Below are positions 52,867 to 61,363 of a stretch of 64,000 nt of DNA, piece after piece. The position numbers were made by a program, and so were the translations under genes. Numbering within the stretch: position 1 is the stretch's first letter; every line of letters begins with the position of its first letter. Under the pieces are notes generated by a model that ran no database searches, was not told where the DNA came from, and saw nothing but the letters and a program-made list of their open reading frames with translations. This DNA comes from Solirubrobacterales bacterium (GTDB taxonomy: Bacteria; Actinomycetota; Thermoleophilia; Solirubrobacterales; 70-9), in the NCBI GenBank assembly GCA_036376915.1, contig DASUZK010000059.1, forward strand, positions 43,249-107,248, written 5' to 3'.

Positions 52867-53415
52867 ATGAATGATCGCCCCAATGTGTTCCTGCGGCCGT
52901 TTGAGTCCGGCGATGCGGGAGCCGTCCACCGCTGGTTCAACAACCCCGAGGCGACCGCTTCGCTGATGGAGCAGCGCGACGGGTTCTCCCTCGAGGAAGC
53001 GCAGGCCTGGGTCGAGCGGGCGATGGACGACTCGGGCGAGGATCGCAAGTACGCGATCGCGGTAGAGGGCTTCGCCGAGCCGGTCGGCTTCACCGCGCTC
53101 TACGGGCTCTTCCGTCAGACCGCGCCGGAGCTGGGGGCGCTGATCGGCGACGACGTGCGGGGCATGGGGGTGGGACGCCGCGCCGAGGCCCTCACCCTCG
53201 CCAAGGCCTTCGACGAGTTCGGCGCACACCGGGTATACGGACGCATCCCGGCTCGCAACGAGGTCGCGAAGAAGACCGTGGCCGGGCTGGGCTGGAAGCA
53301 CGAGGGGACGATGCGGGGACACCTGCGCCGCGAGGGCCTCCCGGCCGACGACTGCGAGGTCTGGGGCGTGCTGCCCGACGAGTTTCGCGCCGCCGCCGCC
53401 GACCTGATCCCGTGA
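52867..53415 (+). CDS. GNAT-family N-acetyltransferase
   Basis: The ATG gives MNDRPNVFLRPFESGDAGAVHRW. RGMGVGRRA acetyl-CoA loop. Confidence 0.8.
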   Translation: MNDRPNVFLRPFESGDAGAVHRWFNNPEATASLMEQRDGFSLEEAQAWVERAMDDSGEDRKYAIAVEGFAEPVGFTALYGLFRQTAPELGALIGDDVRGMGVGRRAEALTLAKAFDEFGAHRVYGRIPARNEVAKKTVAGLGWKHEGTMRGHLRREGLPADDCEVWGVLPDEFRAAAADLIP

Positions 53416-53488
53416 GCGAGCCAATCGTCACGGTGATCGCCGGTTGTTCGAATCCGTGGCGATTGGGGCGCGAACAAGAGGTTCTCCC

Positions 53489-54484
53489 ATGAGCGAGCCG
53501 ATCGCCACGGCCGAGCTGATCGAGGACCGGGGGGAGGCCTCGGCAAGCGAGGAGTTCTTCCGCTCGCGCCCGTTCCTCGACGCGGAAGGCGTCACCCACA
53601 CCCTCCGCATCGAGACCGCCGGCGCGGAGCTGCTGGCGCCACTGATCGTGCGCCCGGTGGGCGACGGCCCCGAGCGCGACGCGATCTCCCCCTACGGCTA
53701 CCCCGGCATCGCCACCTCCTTTCGCGCATCCGACATCGACCACACTCCAGGGGGGTCAATGTCGGATGCGCCATTCGATCCAGCCCAGGTGGACTTCGCC
53801 GGCACAGGCCTGGTCACCGCCTTCCTGCGCCACGCGCTCACAATCGACCCCCCGCTGCTCGGCGCGACCGAGCGCAACGTCGTCCAGATCGCGGACCTCG
53901 AGCTGCCGGCGAAGAGCCGGCCCAGCGACCGCAACCAGATCAACAAGAATCTCCGCCGCGGCTACGAGGTCCGCATCGTCCCCGGCCCCGAGACGACCTC
54001 AGCCGACCGCGCCGGCTTCCTCGCTGCCTACGAGCAGACGATGCAGCGCACCGGCGCCGCCGAGCGCTACTTCTTCTCCGCCGCTTACTTCGACCGCGTC
54101 CTCGAATCCGACCGCACCTGGCTCGCCCTCGCCCTCGCCCCCGGAGGAGAGGTCGCCGCCGCCTCGCTCGCCGCCCGCAGCGACGGCTTCCTCCACTACT
54201 ACCTCAGCGGCAGCGCCGATTCCCACCTGCGCGACTCGCCGATGAAGAACGTCCTCGCCGCCCTGATCGATCTCGCGGCTGAACAGGGCCTGCCGCTCAA
54301 CCTAGGCGGCGGCATAGTCCGTGGCGACAGGCTGGAGGAATTCAAGCGCGGCTTCGCCAACCGGGAGCAGCCGTGGCACACCTCAGAGATCGTCTGCGAC
54401 CCAGGTGCCTACGCGCGCCTCTCCGCCGGCCGCGACGCGGGCGGCTTCTTCCCGGCCTACAGGCCGGTCGACCGGGCTAGTTGA
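53489..54484 (+). CDS. FemAB/CelD-like GNAT-fold acyl/aminoacyl transferase
   Basis: NKNLRRGYE, FLHYYLSGS, MKNVLAALIDLAAEQGLPLNLGGG, EEFKRGFAN. Confidence 0.6.
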   Translation: MSEPIATAELIEDRGEASASEEFFRSRPFLDAEGVTHTLRIETAGAELLAPLIVRPVGDGPERDAISPYGYPGIATSFRASDIDHTPGGSMSDAPFDPAQVDFAGTGLVTAFLRHALTIDPPLLGATERNVVQIADLELPAKSRPSDRNQINKNLRRGYEVRIVPGPETTSADRAGFLAAYEQTMQRTGAAERYFFSAAYFDRVLESDRTWLALALAPGGEVAAASLAARSDGFLHYYLSGSADSHLRDSPMKNVLAALIDLAAEQGLPLNLGGGIVRGDRLEEFKRGFANREQPWHTSEIVCDPGAYARLSAGRDAGGFFPAYRPVDRAS

Positions 54485-55256
54485 CCGTCGGTTCCAACGG
54501 CGTCGGTGCCGTCGGCTTGAACGTGTTGACCGGCTCGCCGCCGTATTTGCCCCAGGTCTCCTTGGCGAAGGCCCGGATCGCGTCGAGCGTGATCGCACCC
54601 TTGTACTCGTTGCAGCCAAGCACGTTCGTCCAGGTCGCCGCGGCCACCGCGTAAGTCATGTCTTTGTTGGGGAAGAGCAGCGTCCCGCCCCACATCGTTT
54701 CGTAGAGGCCGACCAGTTCCTCCTGGTCTCCCTCGGACAGGTCGGGGCTGTATTGGATCGCCAGCCGCCCGTGCTCGAGCGAGTGGACGACGGCGGTTTC
54801 CTTCGGCGTTTCGCTGTAGGCGCCGTCGGCCTGGGCGATTTCGGAGTGGGTGCCCGAGTTCGGAGGGTTCGTCCCGTAGTTCGGCCCCGTGGCGGTTGCG
54901 GGGATGTGTTCGTGCCCCTCGTCTTTGAGTTTCAGCTGCAGATCGCAGTCGGCCATCTTTGCCGCTTTTTTGACGTCGGTGACCTTGGCGACCGGAGTCT
55001 CGCCCCCGGAGCGTTTGTCCGGCTGGACGCCGAACGTTTCACCGGTGCCGACGTCGATATGCGCTTCGCCGCCCTCGTTCTTGCCGGCGGAGGAGGCTAT
55101 GGCGAAGACGATGCCGACGATCACGACCAGGCCGATCACGCCCGCCACGCCGTAGCCCGCCATCAGGCGCCGCCGCTCCGACGAAGCCTGCTTCTTCTCG
55201 CGCTCCTGCCGTGCCCGGCGGAGCGCCTCCCTCTCTTCCTCCCTGCGATTAGCCAT
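54477..55256 (-). CDS. DUF3105-domain membrane protein
   Basis: N-terminal charged region plus TM. NPPNSGTH, VVHSLEHGRLAIQYSP. Confidence 0.7.
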   Translation of the reverse strand: MANRREEEREALRRARQEREKKQASSERRRLMAGYGVAGVIGLVVIVGIVFAIASSAGKNEGGEAHIDVGTGETFGVQPDKRSGGETPVAKVTDVKKAAKMADCDLQLKLKDEGHEHIPATATGPNYGTNPPNSGTHSEIAQADGAYSETPKETAVVHSLEHGRLAIQYSPDLSEGDQEELVGLYETMWGGTLLFPNKDMTYAVAAATWTNVLGCNEYKGAITLDAIRAFAKETWGKYGGEPVNTFKPTAPTPLEPTVN

Positions 55257-55275
55257 GAGGCAGCGCTTATTTTAG

Positions 55276-56193
55276 TCAGAGAGACTTCGCCAAGTCGCCC
55301 GTTTCGCCCCGGCGCCTCTCCCAAGGACGCGCAGCGCGCAGCGCGCCGAGCACCGCCCGCGTCGCCGGCGCCCGGTTCAGCGCGTAGAAGTGGATGCCGG
55401 GAGCACCCGCGACGAGCAGCTCCGCGCACTGCTGGGCGGCGTAGGCGACGCCCAGCTCGAACTCGGCCCGCTCGTCGCCTTCGGCGGCATGGAAGGCCTT
55501 CTCCAGGCGGCCGGGGATCGAGGCGTCGCAGAGCTCGCAGATCCGCTTCGTCTGCGCGAAGCTCGCCACCGGGATCACCCCGGCCAGGATCGGGACCTCG
55601 ACCCCGACCGCCCGCGCGGCGGCGACGAAGTCGAAGTAGACCTGGTTGTCGAAGAAGAGCTGGGTGATCAGGAACGACGCCCCGGACTCCACCTTCGTCT
55701 TCAGGTAGGCGAGGTCGGTCTCGAGATCGGGCGCCTCGGGGTGCACCTCGGGGAAGCAGGCCCCGCCGACCGTGAAGTCCCACCCCTTTGAGATGAAGGC
55801 GGTCAGCTCCGCCGCGCTTCCCAGCCCTCCCTCGGGCTGGACGAAGTCCTCCTGCCCCCGCGGCGGGTCGCCGCGCAGGGCGAAGACGTTCTCGATCCCC
55901 GCCTCGCCGATCCGGTCCAGCGTCGCCGCCAGCCCCTCGCGCGTCTCGCCGACGCAGCTGAGATGGGCCATGGTCTCGAACCCCAGCTCCTCCTTGAGGC
56001 CGCGGGTGATCTCCACCGTCCCCTCACGAGTCGAGCCGCCGGCCCCGTAGGTGACGGAGACGAAGTCGGGTCCCAGCTCGCGCAGCGAGCGGGCGGTGTC
56101 GAACAGCGCCGCGGTGGCCTCCGCCGTCTTCGGCGGAAAGAGCTCGACCGAGAAGGTCGGGCCCTCAGCGGCAATGATCTCGTCGATGCGCAC
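55276..56193 (-). CDS. metF: methylenetetrahydrofolate reductase
   Basis: FSVELFPPKT, VTYGAGGSTR, ALRGDPP, ITQLFFD. GTG start chosen; start uncertain. Confidence 0.88.
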   Translation of the reverse strand: MRIDEIIAAEGPTFSVELFPPKTAEATAALFDTARSLRELGPDFVSVTYGAGGSTREGTVEITRGLKEELGFETMAHLSCVGETREGLAATLDRIGEAGIENVFALRGDPPRGQEDFVQPEGGLGSAAELTAFISKGWDFTVGGACFPEVHPEAPDLETDLAYLKTKVESGASFLITQLFFDNQVYFDFVAAARAVGVEVPILAGVIPVASFAQTKRICELCDASIPGRLEKAFHAAEGDERAEFELGVAYAAQQCAELLVAGAPGIHFYALNRAPATRAVLGALRAARPWERRRGETGDLAKSL

Positions 56194-56203
56194 GGGGCGG
56201 AGG

Positions 56204-56485
56204 TTAGCCGCCCCGCCGCTCAACCCTCGCCTGGAAGAAGGCCTGGATGTCCTCCAGCCGCTTGCCCTTGGTCTCGGGGACGAACTTCCAGCAGAAGGCG
56301 AGGGTGAGGAGTCCGATCCCACCGTAGAGCCAAAAGGCACCCGGCCGCCCGAGCGCTTCGATCAGGCCCTGGGCGAAGCTGCTCAAGCCGAAGTCGGTCT
56401 TGATGAAGAGCAGCGCCCCGGCGATGACGCCGGTGTCGTAGCCGAAGAGCAGCCCTCCGAGCCCGGCGATCGCGGCCGTCAGCAC
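56204..56485 (-). pseudogene. MFS sugar-porter remnant: N-terminal TM1 region fused in frame to the C-terminal TM12 tail
   Basis: AAIAGLGGLLFGYDTGVIAGALLFIKTDFGLS (sugar-porter N-terminal signature) is followed at once by GAFWLYGGIGLLTLAFCWKFVPETKGKRLEDIQ (C-terminal signature). About 350 aa of a normal transporter are missing. Confidence 0.55.
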
Positions 56486-56938
56486 GACGTTGCGTCGTGC
56501 CCCCTCCGGGACGCCTCGAGCCCGTCGGTCATCCGGCGCGACCGTATAGGTGCTCCCGTACGGGGCATTTCTCCGGAGTTTGCGGGAACGTATTCGTCGC
56601 CCCCCTGGTGCCCCGGCAGAGGGCGCGCTAAGTTCGATCTGCGACTGGGAGAGACAGGATCCGCGGAAGCCAGCGGACACCGTCTCGAAGGTGGCGCAAC
56701 GAGCTTCAGGCGCGAAGGCTACGCGCCGGCAGGCAACCGAGCGCCGTCCCCGGTCGCGTTTTCGTGCGCTGGCCGATCTGTCTGGACGAGTGCCTATGTT
56801 GAGCCTGGCCGCCGAGCTCCTGCCCTCGTCGACCAGCGTGCCGGGACGCAGTTCGGGAGCCGGGCGTTGCTGGTGCCCCGTGAGTGCCTCCAGCGACATA
56901 GCCCGCCCGCTCCCCACCCCTATGCGAGGATCTCGGCG

Positions 56939-57685
56939 ATGAGCGGGGAGCTTCGCTACGAGCGGGTGGGGGCAGCGGCGGTGCTGACGATCGACCGGCC
57001 GGAGCGCCGCAACGCGATCGATGCCGCCGCCGCCGAGCTGTTTCGCCAGGGCCTGGACGATTTCGAGGCCGACGACGAGGCGCGCGTCTTGGTCCTCACC
57101 GGCGCTGGCGGCGCCTTCTGCGCCGGGGCCGACCTCAAGGCGATGAACCTCGACGTCACCCACCCCAGCGGGCCGATGGGCCCGACTCGCCTGACGCCCT
57201 CCAAGCCGGCGATCGCGGCAGTCGACGGATGGTGCCTCGCCGGCGGCGTCGAGCTCGCGCTCTGGTGCGACATGCGCATCGCCACGCCGCAATCGACCTT
57301 TGGCCTTTTCGAGCGTCGCTGGGGCGTGCCTCTCCTCGATGGCGGCACCCAGCGCCTGCCCCGCATCGTCGGCATGGGCCGGGCCCTGGAGCTGATCCTC
57401 ACCGGCCGCGCCGTGGAGGTCGAGGAGGCGCACCGGATCGGCCTCGTCAACGAGATCGTCGAGCCGGGCAAGCACCTCGACCGAGCCCTGGAGCTCGCCG
57501 AGCGCATAGCCGGCTTTCCTCAGGAGACCATGCTTGCCGATCGCCGCGGCGCGATCGAAGGCTTCGGCCAGCCTCTCGCCGACGGCCTCGACCTGGAGCG
57601 CCGCCTGGGAAACGAGGTCCTCGACGTCGCCGTCCGCGGCGCAAAGAAATTCGCCGACGGCGCCGGCCGTCACGGCGAGTTCTGA
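56939..57685 (+). CDS. enoyl-CoA hydratase/isomerase (crotonase) family protein
   Basis: LTIDRPERRNA, LTGAGGAFCAGADL, GWCLAGGVELALWCD. Confidence 0.88.
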   Translation: MSGELRYERVGAAAVLTIDRPERRNAIDAAAAELFRQGLDDFEADDEARVLVLTGAGGAFCAGADLKAMNLDVTHPSGPMGPTRLTPSKPAIAAVDGWCLAGGVELALWCDMRIATPQSTFGLFERRWGVPLLDGGTQRLPRIVGMGRALELILTGRAVEVEEAHRIGLVNEIVEPGKHLDRALELAERIAGFPQETMLADRRGAIEGFGQPLADGLDLERRLGNEVLDVAVRGAKKFADGAGRHGEF

Positions 57686-57729
57686 TCTCTCCCAAGCTAG
57701 CGCCGCCTTTCGTAGCCCCGATGGCTCGA

Positions 57730-58422
57730 CTAAGCCAAGCCGCCCCGGGACTTCGTCACCCGGCGCATCTCGTCTTCCGCTTCCTCGGGCCCGAGGTAGG
57801 GCATCAGCACGGCGAAGACGAGGTCGGGGAGGATCCGCTGCAGCTCCGGGCCTCGGCCGGCGCGGATCTCGTCGAAGATCATCGAGGTCGCGCCGCCGAT
57901 CGCGAAGCGGGCGGTGTCGGCCGGCAGCTCCTCGCTCTGGCTGGAGTACTCGCGACCCTCTTCGAGGAACGGGGTGAAGCGGGCGAGCGCGGCTCGGTAG
58001 CGTGCTCGCGCATCGTCGCCGGCGGCGGTCACCTCGACCATCGCCATCCGCGCGATGTCGGCCTCGGCCGCCAGCAGCTCGACCAGGGCGCCGAGGCCGA
58101 CGGCGATCCGCTCGGGCCAGGGCTCTCCCGCGGCCGACTCGAAGGCGCTGGTGACGTGGGCGACGAGGACGTCGATCACGGCGTCGTAGGCCTCGAGGAA
58201 GCAGGCGGCCTTGTCGTCGAACATCTCGTAGAAGGTGGCCCTGGAGACGCCGGCGACCTCGATCACGTCGGTGACCGTGGTCGCCTCGTAGCCCTTGGCC
58301 GCGGCGACCCGGACCATCGCCTCGAGCAGCCGCTCGCGCTGAGAGCGAACCACGTAGGCGCGGGGCAGGCCGTGGCGCCCGCTCGGCAGACGCTCTGGAT
58401 TCGAAGTCGATGACGAATCCAT
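57730..58422 (-). CDS. TetR-family regulator (paralogue 1)
   Basis: LPSGRHGLPRAYVVRSQRERLL, HTH TTVTDVIEVAGVSRATFYEMF, C-terminal ILPDLVFAVLMPYLGPEEA. Confidence 0.85.
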   Translation of the reverse strand: MDSSSTSNPERLPSGRHGLPRAYVVRSQRERLLEAMVRVAAAKGYEATTVTDVIEVAGVSRATFYEMFDDKAACFLEAYDAVIDVLVAHVTSAFESAAGEPWPERIAVGLGALVELLAAEADIARMAMVEVTAAGDDARARYRAALARFTPFLEEGREYSSQSEELPADTARFAIGGATSMIFDEIRAGRGPELQRILPDLVFAVLMPYLGPEEAEDEMRRVTKSRGGLA

Positions 58423-58531
58423 GCAGTCAGCGTAGGGCAGCGGCAGCAGACTGTCCAACGGGTTTCGCAGCCGGTCGCCCAGCCCTCGCCACAACGTCCA
58501 ACCGGCCCTCCCCGATGCCTACACTGCGGAA

Positions 58532-59779
58532 ATGAAGATCGGGATAGTCGGCCTCGGATACGTCGGCCTGCCCCTTGCCGTCGCCTTTGCCGAGGCCGGA
58601 GACGAGGTCGTCGGGCTCGACACGGATTCCCGCAAGATCGAGGGCACGAACGCCGGCCGCAGCCACGTCGAGGACATTCCCGACGCCGTGCTTGCCCCCC
58701 TGCGCGAGCGCCTGCGCGCCACCGCCAACCAGGCGGATCTCGCCTCATGCGAAGCGATCGTGATCTGCGTCCCCACCCCGTTGACGGGCTCGCGCGAGCC
58801 CGATCTCACCTACATGCTCGAATCGGCGACGGCGCTCTCGAGCGTGCTCCAGCCCGGGCAGCTGGTCGTGCTCGAGTCGACGACCTATCCCGGCACCACT
58901 CGCGAGCGGCTGCTGCCGATCCTCGAGGAGTCGGGGCTCTCCGCCGGCCGTGACTTCCACCTCGCCTTCTCCCCGGAGCGGATCGACCCCGGTCGCACCG
59001 ACTACACCGTCCGCACCACGCCGAAGCTCGTCGGCGGTCTCACGCCGACGTGCTCTGAGCGCGCCGAGGCCCTCTACTCGCGAATCTGCGACGAGGTCGT
59101 GGTCCTGACGACGCCGGAGGCGGCCGAGCTCTCGAAGCTGCTGGAGAACATCTTCCGCTCGGTCAACATCGCGCTCGTCAACGAGCTGGCGCAGCTCTGC
59201 GATCGGCTCGGGATCGACGTCTGGGAGGTGATCGACGCGGCGTCGACCAAGCCCTTCGGCTTCATGCGCTTCGATCCCGGCCCGGGAATGGGCGGGCACT
59301 GCCTTCCGGTCGACCCGTTCTACCTCGCCTTCAAGGCGCGCGAGCACGACTTCTACCCGGAGTTCATCGAGCTGGCGGGCAAGGTCAACCAGACCCAGCC
59401 GGCCTTCTGCGTGGAACGGATCGCGCGCGCCCTGAACGAGGCGGGGAAGCCGGTCCGGGACTCGAAGATCCTCCTCCTCGGCGTCAGCTACAAGGCCGGT
59501 GTCGGCGACGTCCGCGAGTCGCCGGCCCTGACGATCGCCAAGCGCCTGGTCGATCTCGGCGGCGACGTCTCCTACCACGACCCACACGTCCCTCGCCTCT
59601 CCGACCTCGGCCTCGACTCGGTCGACCTGGCCGAGGGCCTCGCCGCCACCGACCTCGCCGCCATAGTCACCGCCCATCCCAACCTCGACTACGAGAACGT
59701 GGTGTCCAGCGCCCCGCTGGTGGTCGATTTCCGCGGCGTGACCCGCGGGATCGAGGCGGAGAACCTGGTCAGGCTCTAG
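58532..59779 (+). CDS. nucleotide-sugar (UDP-glucose/GDP-mannose family) dehydrogenase
   Basis: MKIGIVGLGYVGLPLA, GGHCLPVDP catalytic Cys, GVSYKAGVGDVRESPA. Confidence 0.9.
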   Translation: MKIGIVGLGYVGLPLAVAFAEAGDEVVGLDTDSRKIEGTNAGRSHVEDIPDAVLAPLRERLRATANQADLASCEAIVICVPTPLTGSREPDLTYMLESATALSSVLQPGQLVVLESTTYPGTTRERLLPILEESGLSAGRDFHLAFSPERIDPGRTDYTVRTTPKLVGGLTPTCSERAEALYSRICDEVVVLTTPEAAELSKLLENIFRSVNIALVNELAQLCDRLGIDVWEVIDAASTKPFGFMRFDPGPGMGGHCLPVDPFYLAFKAREHDFYPEFIELAGKVNQTQPAFCVERIARALNEAGKPVRDSKILLLGVSYKAGVGDVRESPALTIAKRLVDLGGDVSYHDPHVPRLSDLGLDSVDLAEGLAATDLAAIVTAHPNLDYENVVSSAPLVVDFRGVTRGIEAENLVRL

Positions 59780-59806
59780 AGCCCCGCAGACACGCGGAGT
59801 TACGAG

Positions 59807-60493
59807 TCAGGCTTTGGCCGCCTGCATCTCCTCCTCGGCTACATCGGAGCCGAAGTAGGGCAGGACCGCGAAGTACATGAACTCAGGCAGCAGCTCGCGG
59901 AAACCGTCGTTCGCCCCTGTCGCCAGCCGGGCGTGGACGACCGCGTGGATGCCGGCGACGATGCCCTCCGGGGCGATCGGCGGCGGCGACTCGCCCGTGG
60001 TCGCTCGTGCCGAATCGATGAAATCGGTGATCCGCTCCATCGCCTCCGAGCGTTTCTCCAGTGCCTTGGGCCCCGCTGCATGGACCTCGACGATCAGGGC
60101 TCGGCCGAGATCGGGCTCGCCGTCGAGTGCCTGCAGCAGGGCACCAAGGCCCGCGCGCAATTTGCCCTGCCAGGTCTTCTCGGGGTCGGCGGCTGTCTGC
60201 ACCAGCGCTTCCACCCGCGCCACGCCGAAGTCGAATGCCTCCAGGTAGCAGGTGTCCTTGTCCGGAAAGAGGTCGTAGAAGGCCTGCCTGTAGAGGCCCG
60301 CCGAGTCGAGCACCGCGCGTACGGACGTCGCGTCGTAGCCGTTCGACCCGACCGAGTGGAGCATCCCCTCCAGGATCCTTTCGCGCTTGGGTGAAATCAC
60401 CAGCTTGAGTGTGGAAGCGTGGGTAGACGTTTGCCCCATCGCGCCGGCCTCCTCAGCCCCTGCCAGGACCTTGGTTGCGGCCTGCTCTCCCAT
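59807..60493 (-). CDS. TetR-family regulator (paralogue 2)
   Basis: KRERILEGMLHSVGSNGYDATSVRAVLDSAGLYRQAFYDLF, C-terminal LLPEFMYFAVLPYFGSD. Alternative start ATG 60439. Confidence 0.8.
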   Translation of the reverse strand: MGEQAATKVLAGAEEAGAMGQTSTHASTLKLVISPKRERILEGMLHSVGSNGYDATSVRAVLDSAGLYRQAFYDLFPDKDTCYLEAFDFGVARVEALVQTAADPEKTWQGKLRAGLGALLQALDGEPDLGRALIVEVHAAGPKALEKRSEAMERITDFIDSARATTGESPPPIAPEGIVAGIHAVVHARLATGANDGFRELLPEFMYFAVLPYFGSDVAEEEMQAAKA

Positions 60494-60592
60494 TCCGATC
60501 CTTCCTCTACTCGATCAGGGGAACCGCTTGTCTGGGCCTCGGTACTGTAACGGTATTCGGCCGATACGTCCAGCTTGGAATAAGGAACTGCT

Positions 60593-61285
60593 GTGGGTAC
60601 CCTGGCTTTTGTGGCCGAGCACGCCCCTCAGGCGACCAGGATGCCGCCGGGAAGGCACCCGCTGTCGCGGGAGTTCATCACCCAGCACCAGCGCGCCCGG
60701 ATCATCGCCGCCCTTGCCGAGGAGACCGTCGAGAAGGGCTACCGGGCCGTCACCGTCGCCGACATCGTAAGCCGGGCGGGGATCGCCCGCAACACCTTCT
60801 ACGAGAACTTCTCCTCGAAGGAGGATTGCTTCCTCTCCGCCTCGGAGTATGCGGTCACCGAGGCCCTGCGGCGCGTCGTCGACGCCGCCAGCAAGGTCGA
60901 CAGCTGGCCGGCCCGGGTGAACGCCGGCCTCGCGGCCTTCCTCCACTACGTCGCGGGCGAGTCGGCGCTCGCCCGCACCTGCATCGTCGAGGCGCTTTCC
61001 GCCGGGCCCGCCGCGGTCGAGCGCTACGAGCGCTCGATCCAGGCCTTCGTGCCGCTGTTCCGCATGGGCCGCAAGATCTCGTCGAAGGGCGAGGAGCTGC
61101 CGGACACGCTGGAGGAGACGATCGTCGGCGGAATCTTCTGGATCCTCTACCAGCGCATCATCATGGGCCAGGCCGAGCAGATCGAGGACCTGCTGCCGGA
61201 GTTGGTGGAGTTCTCGCTCACTCCTTACCTAGGCGCCGAGGCGGCCAAGCGGACCTCAGCCGAAGCGCCGCCGACAGCAGGCTGA
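60593..61285 (+). CDS. TetR-family regulator (paralogue 3)
   Basis: MPPGRHPLSREFITQHQRARII, VTVADIVSRAGIARNTFYENF, LLPELVEFSLTPYLGAEAA. GTG start. Confidence 0.85.
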   Translation: MGTLAFVAEHAPQATRMPPGRHPLSREFITQHQRARIIAALAEETVEKGYRAVTVADIVSRAGIARNTFYENFSSKEDCFLSASEYAVTEALRRVVDAASKVDSWPARVNAGLAAFLHYVAGESALARTCIVEALSAGPAAVERYERSIQAFVPLFRMGRKISSKGEELPDTLEETIVGGIFWILYQRIIMGQAEQIEDLLPELVEFSLTPYLGAEAAKRTSAEAPPTAG

Positions 61286-61363
61286 GCCAAGGCGGGGACT
61301 GGGGGCCCGTGATCTAGTGCTCGGTTCGCCAAATCGACGCCGGACTCATCGAACGGAGCGCTG

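Noticed and set aside
56640-56740. Resemblance to a glycine riboswitch: GGGAGAGAC ... CACCG..GAAGG..GCAA ... CTTCAGGCGCGAAGG.
   Set aside because: The conserved ACCGAAGGGGCAA core is interrupted by extra bases. The second aptamer is absent, and the downstream gene (crotonase) is not a glycine-cleavage or transport gene. The match is no better than chance by eye.
56840-56938. Possible SAM-type riboswitch (minus strand) upstream of the MFS relic and metF.
   Set aside because: Only short fragments (GGCACC, CAGCAACG) resemble SAM-I/IV cores. No consistent four-way or pseudoknot pairing could be drawn.
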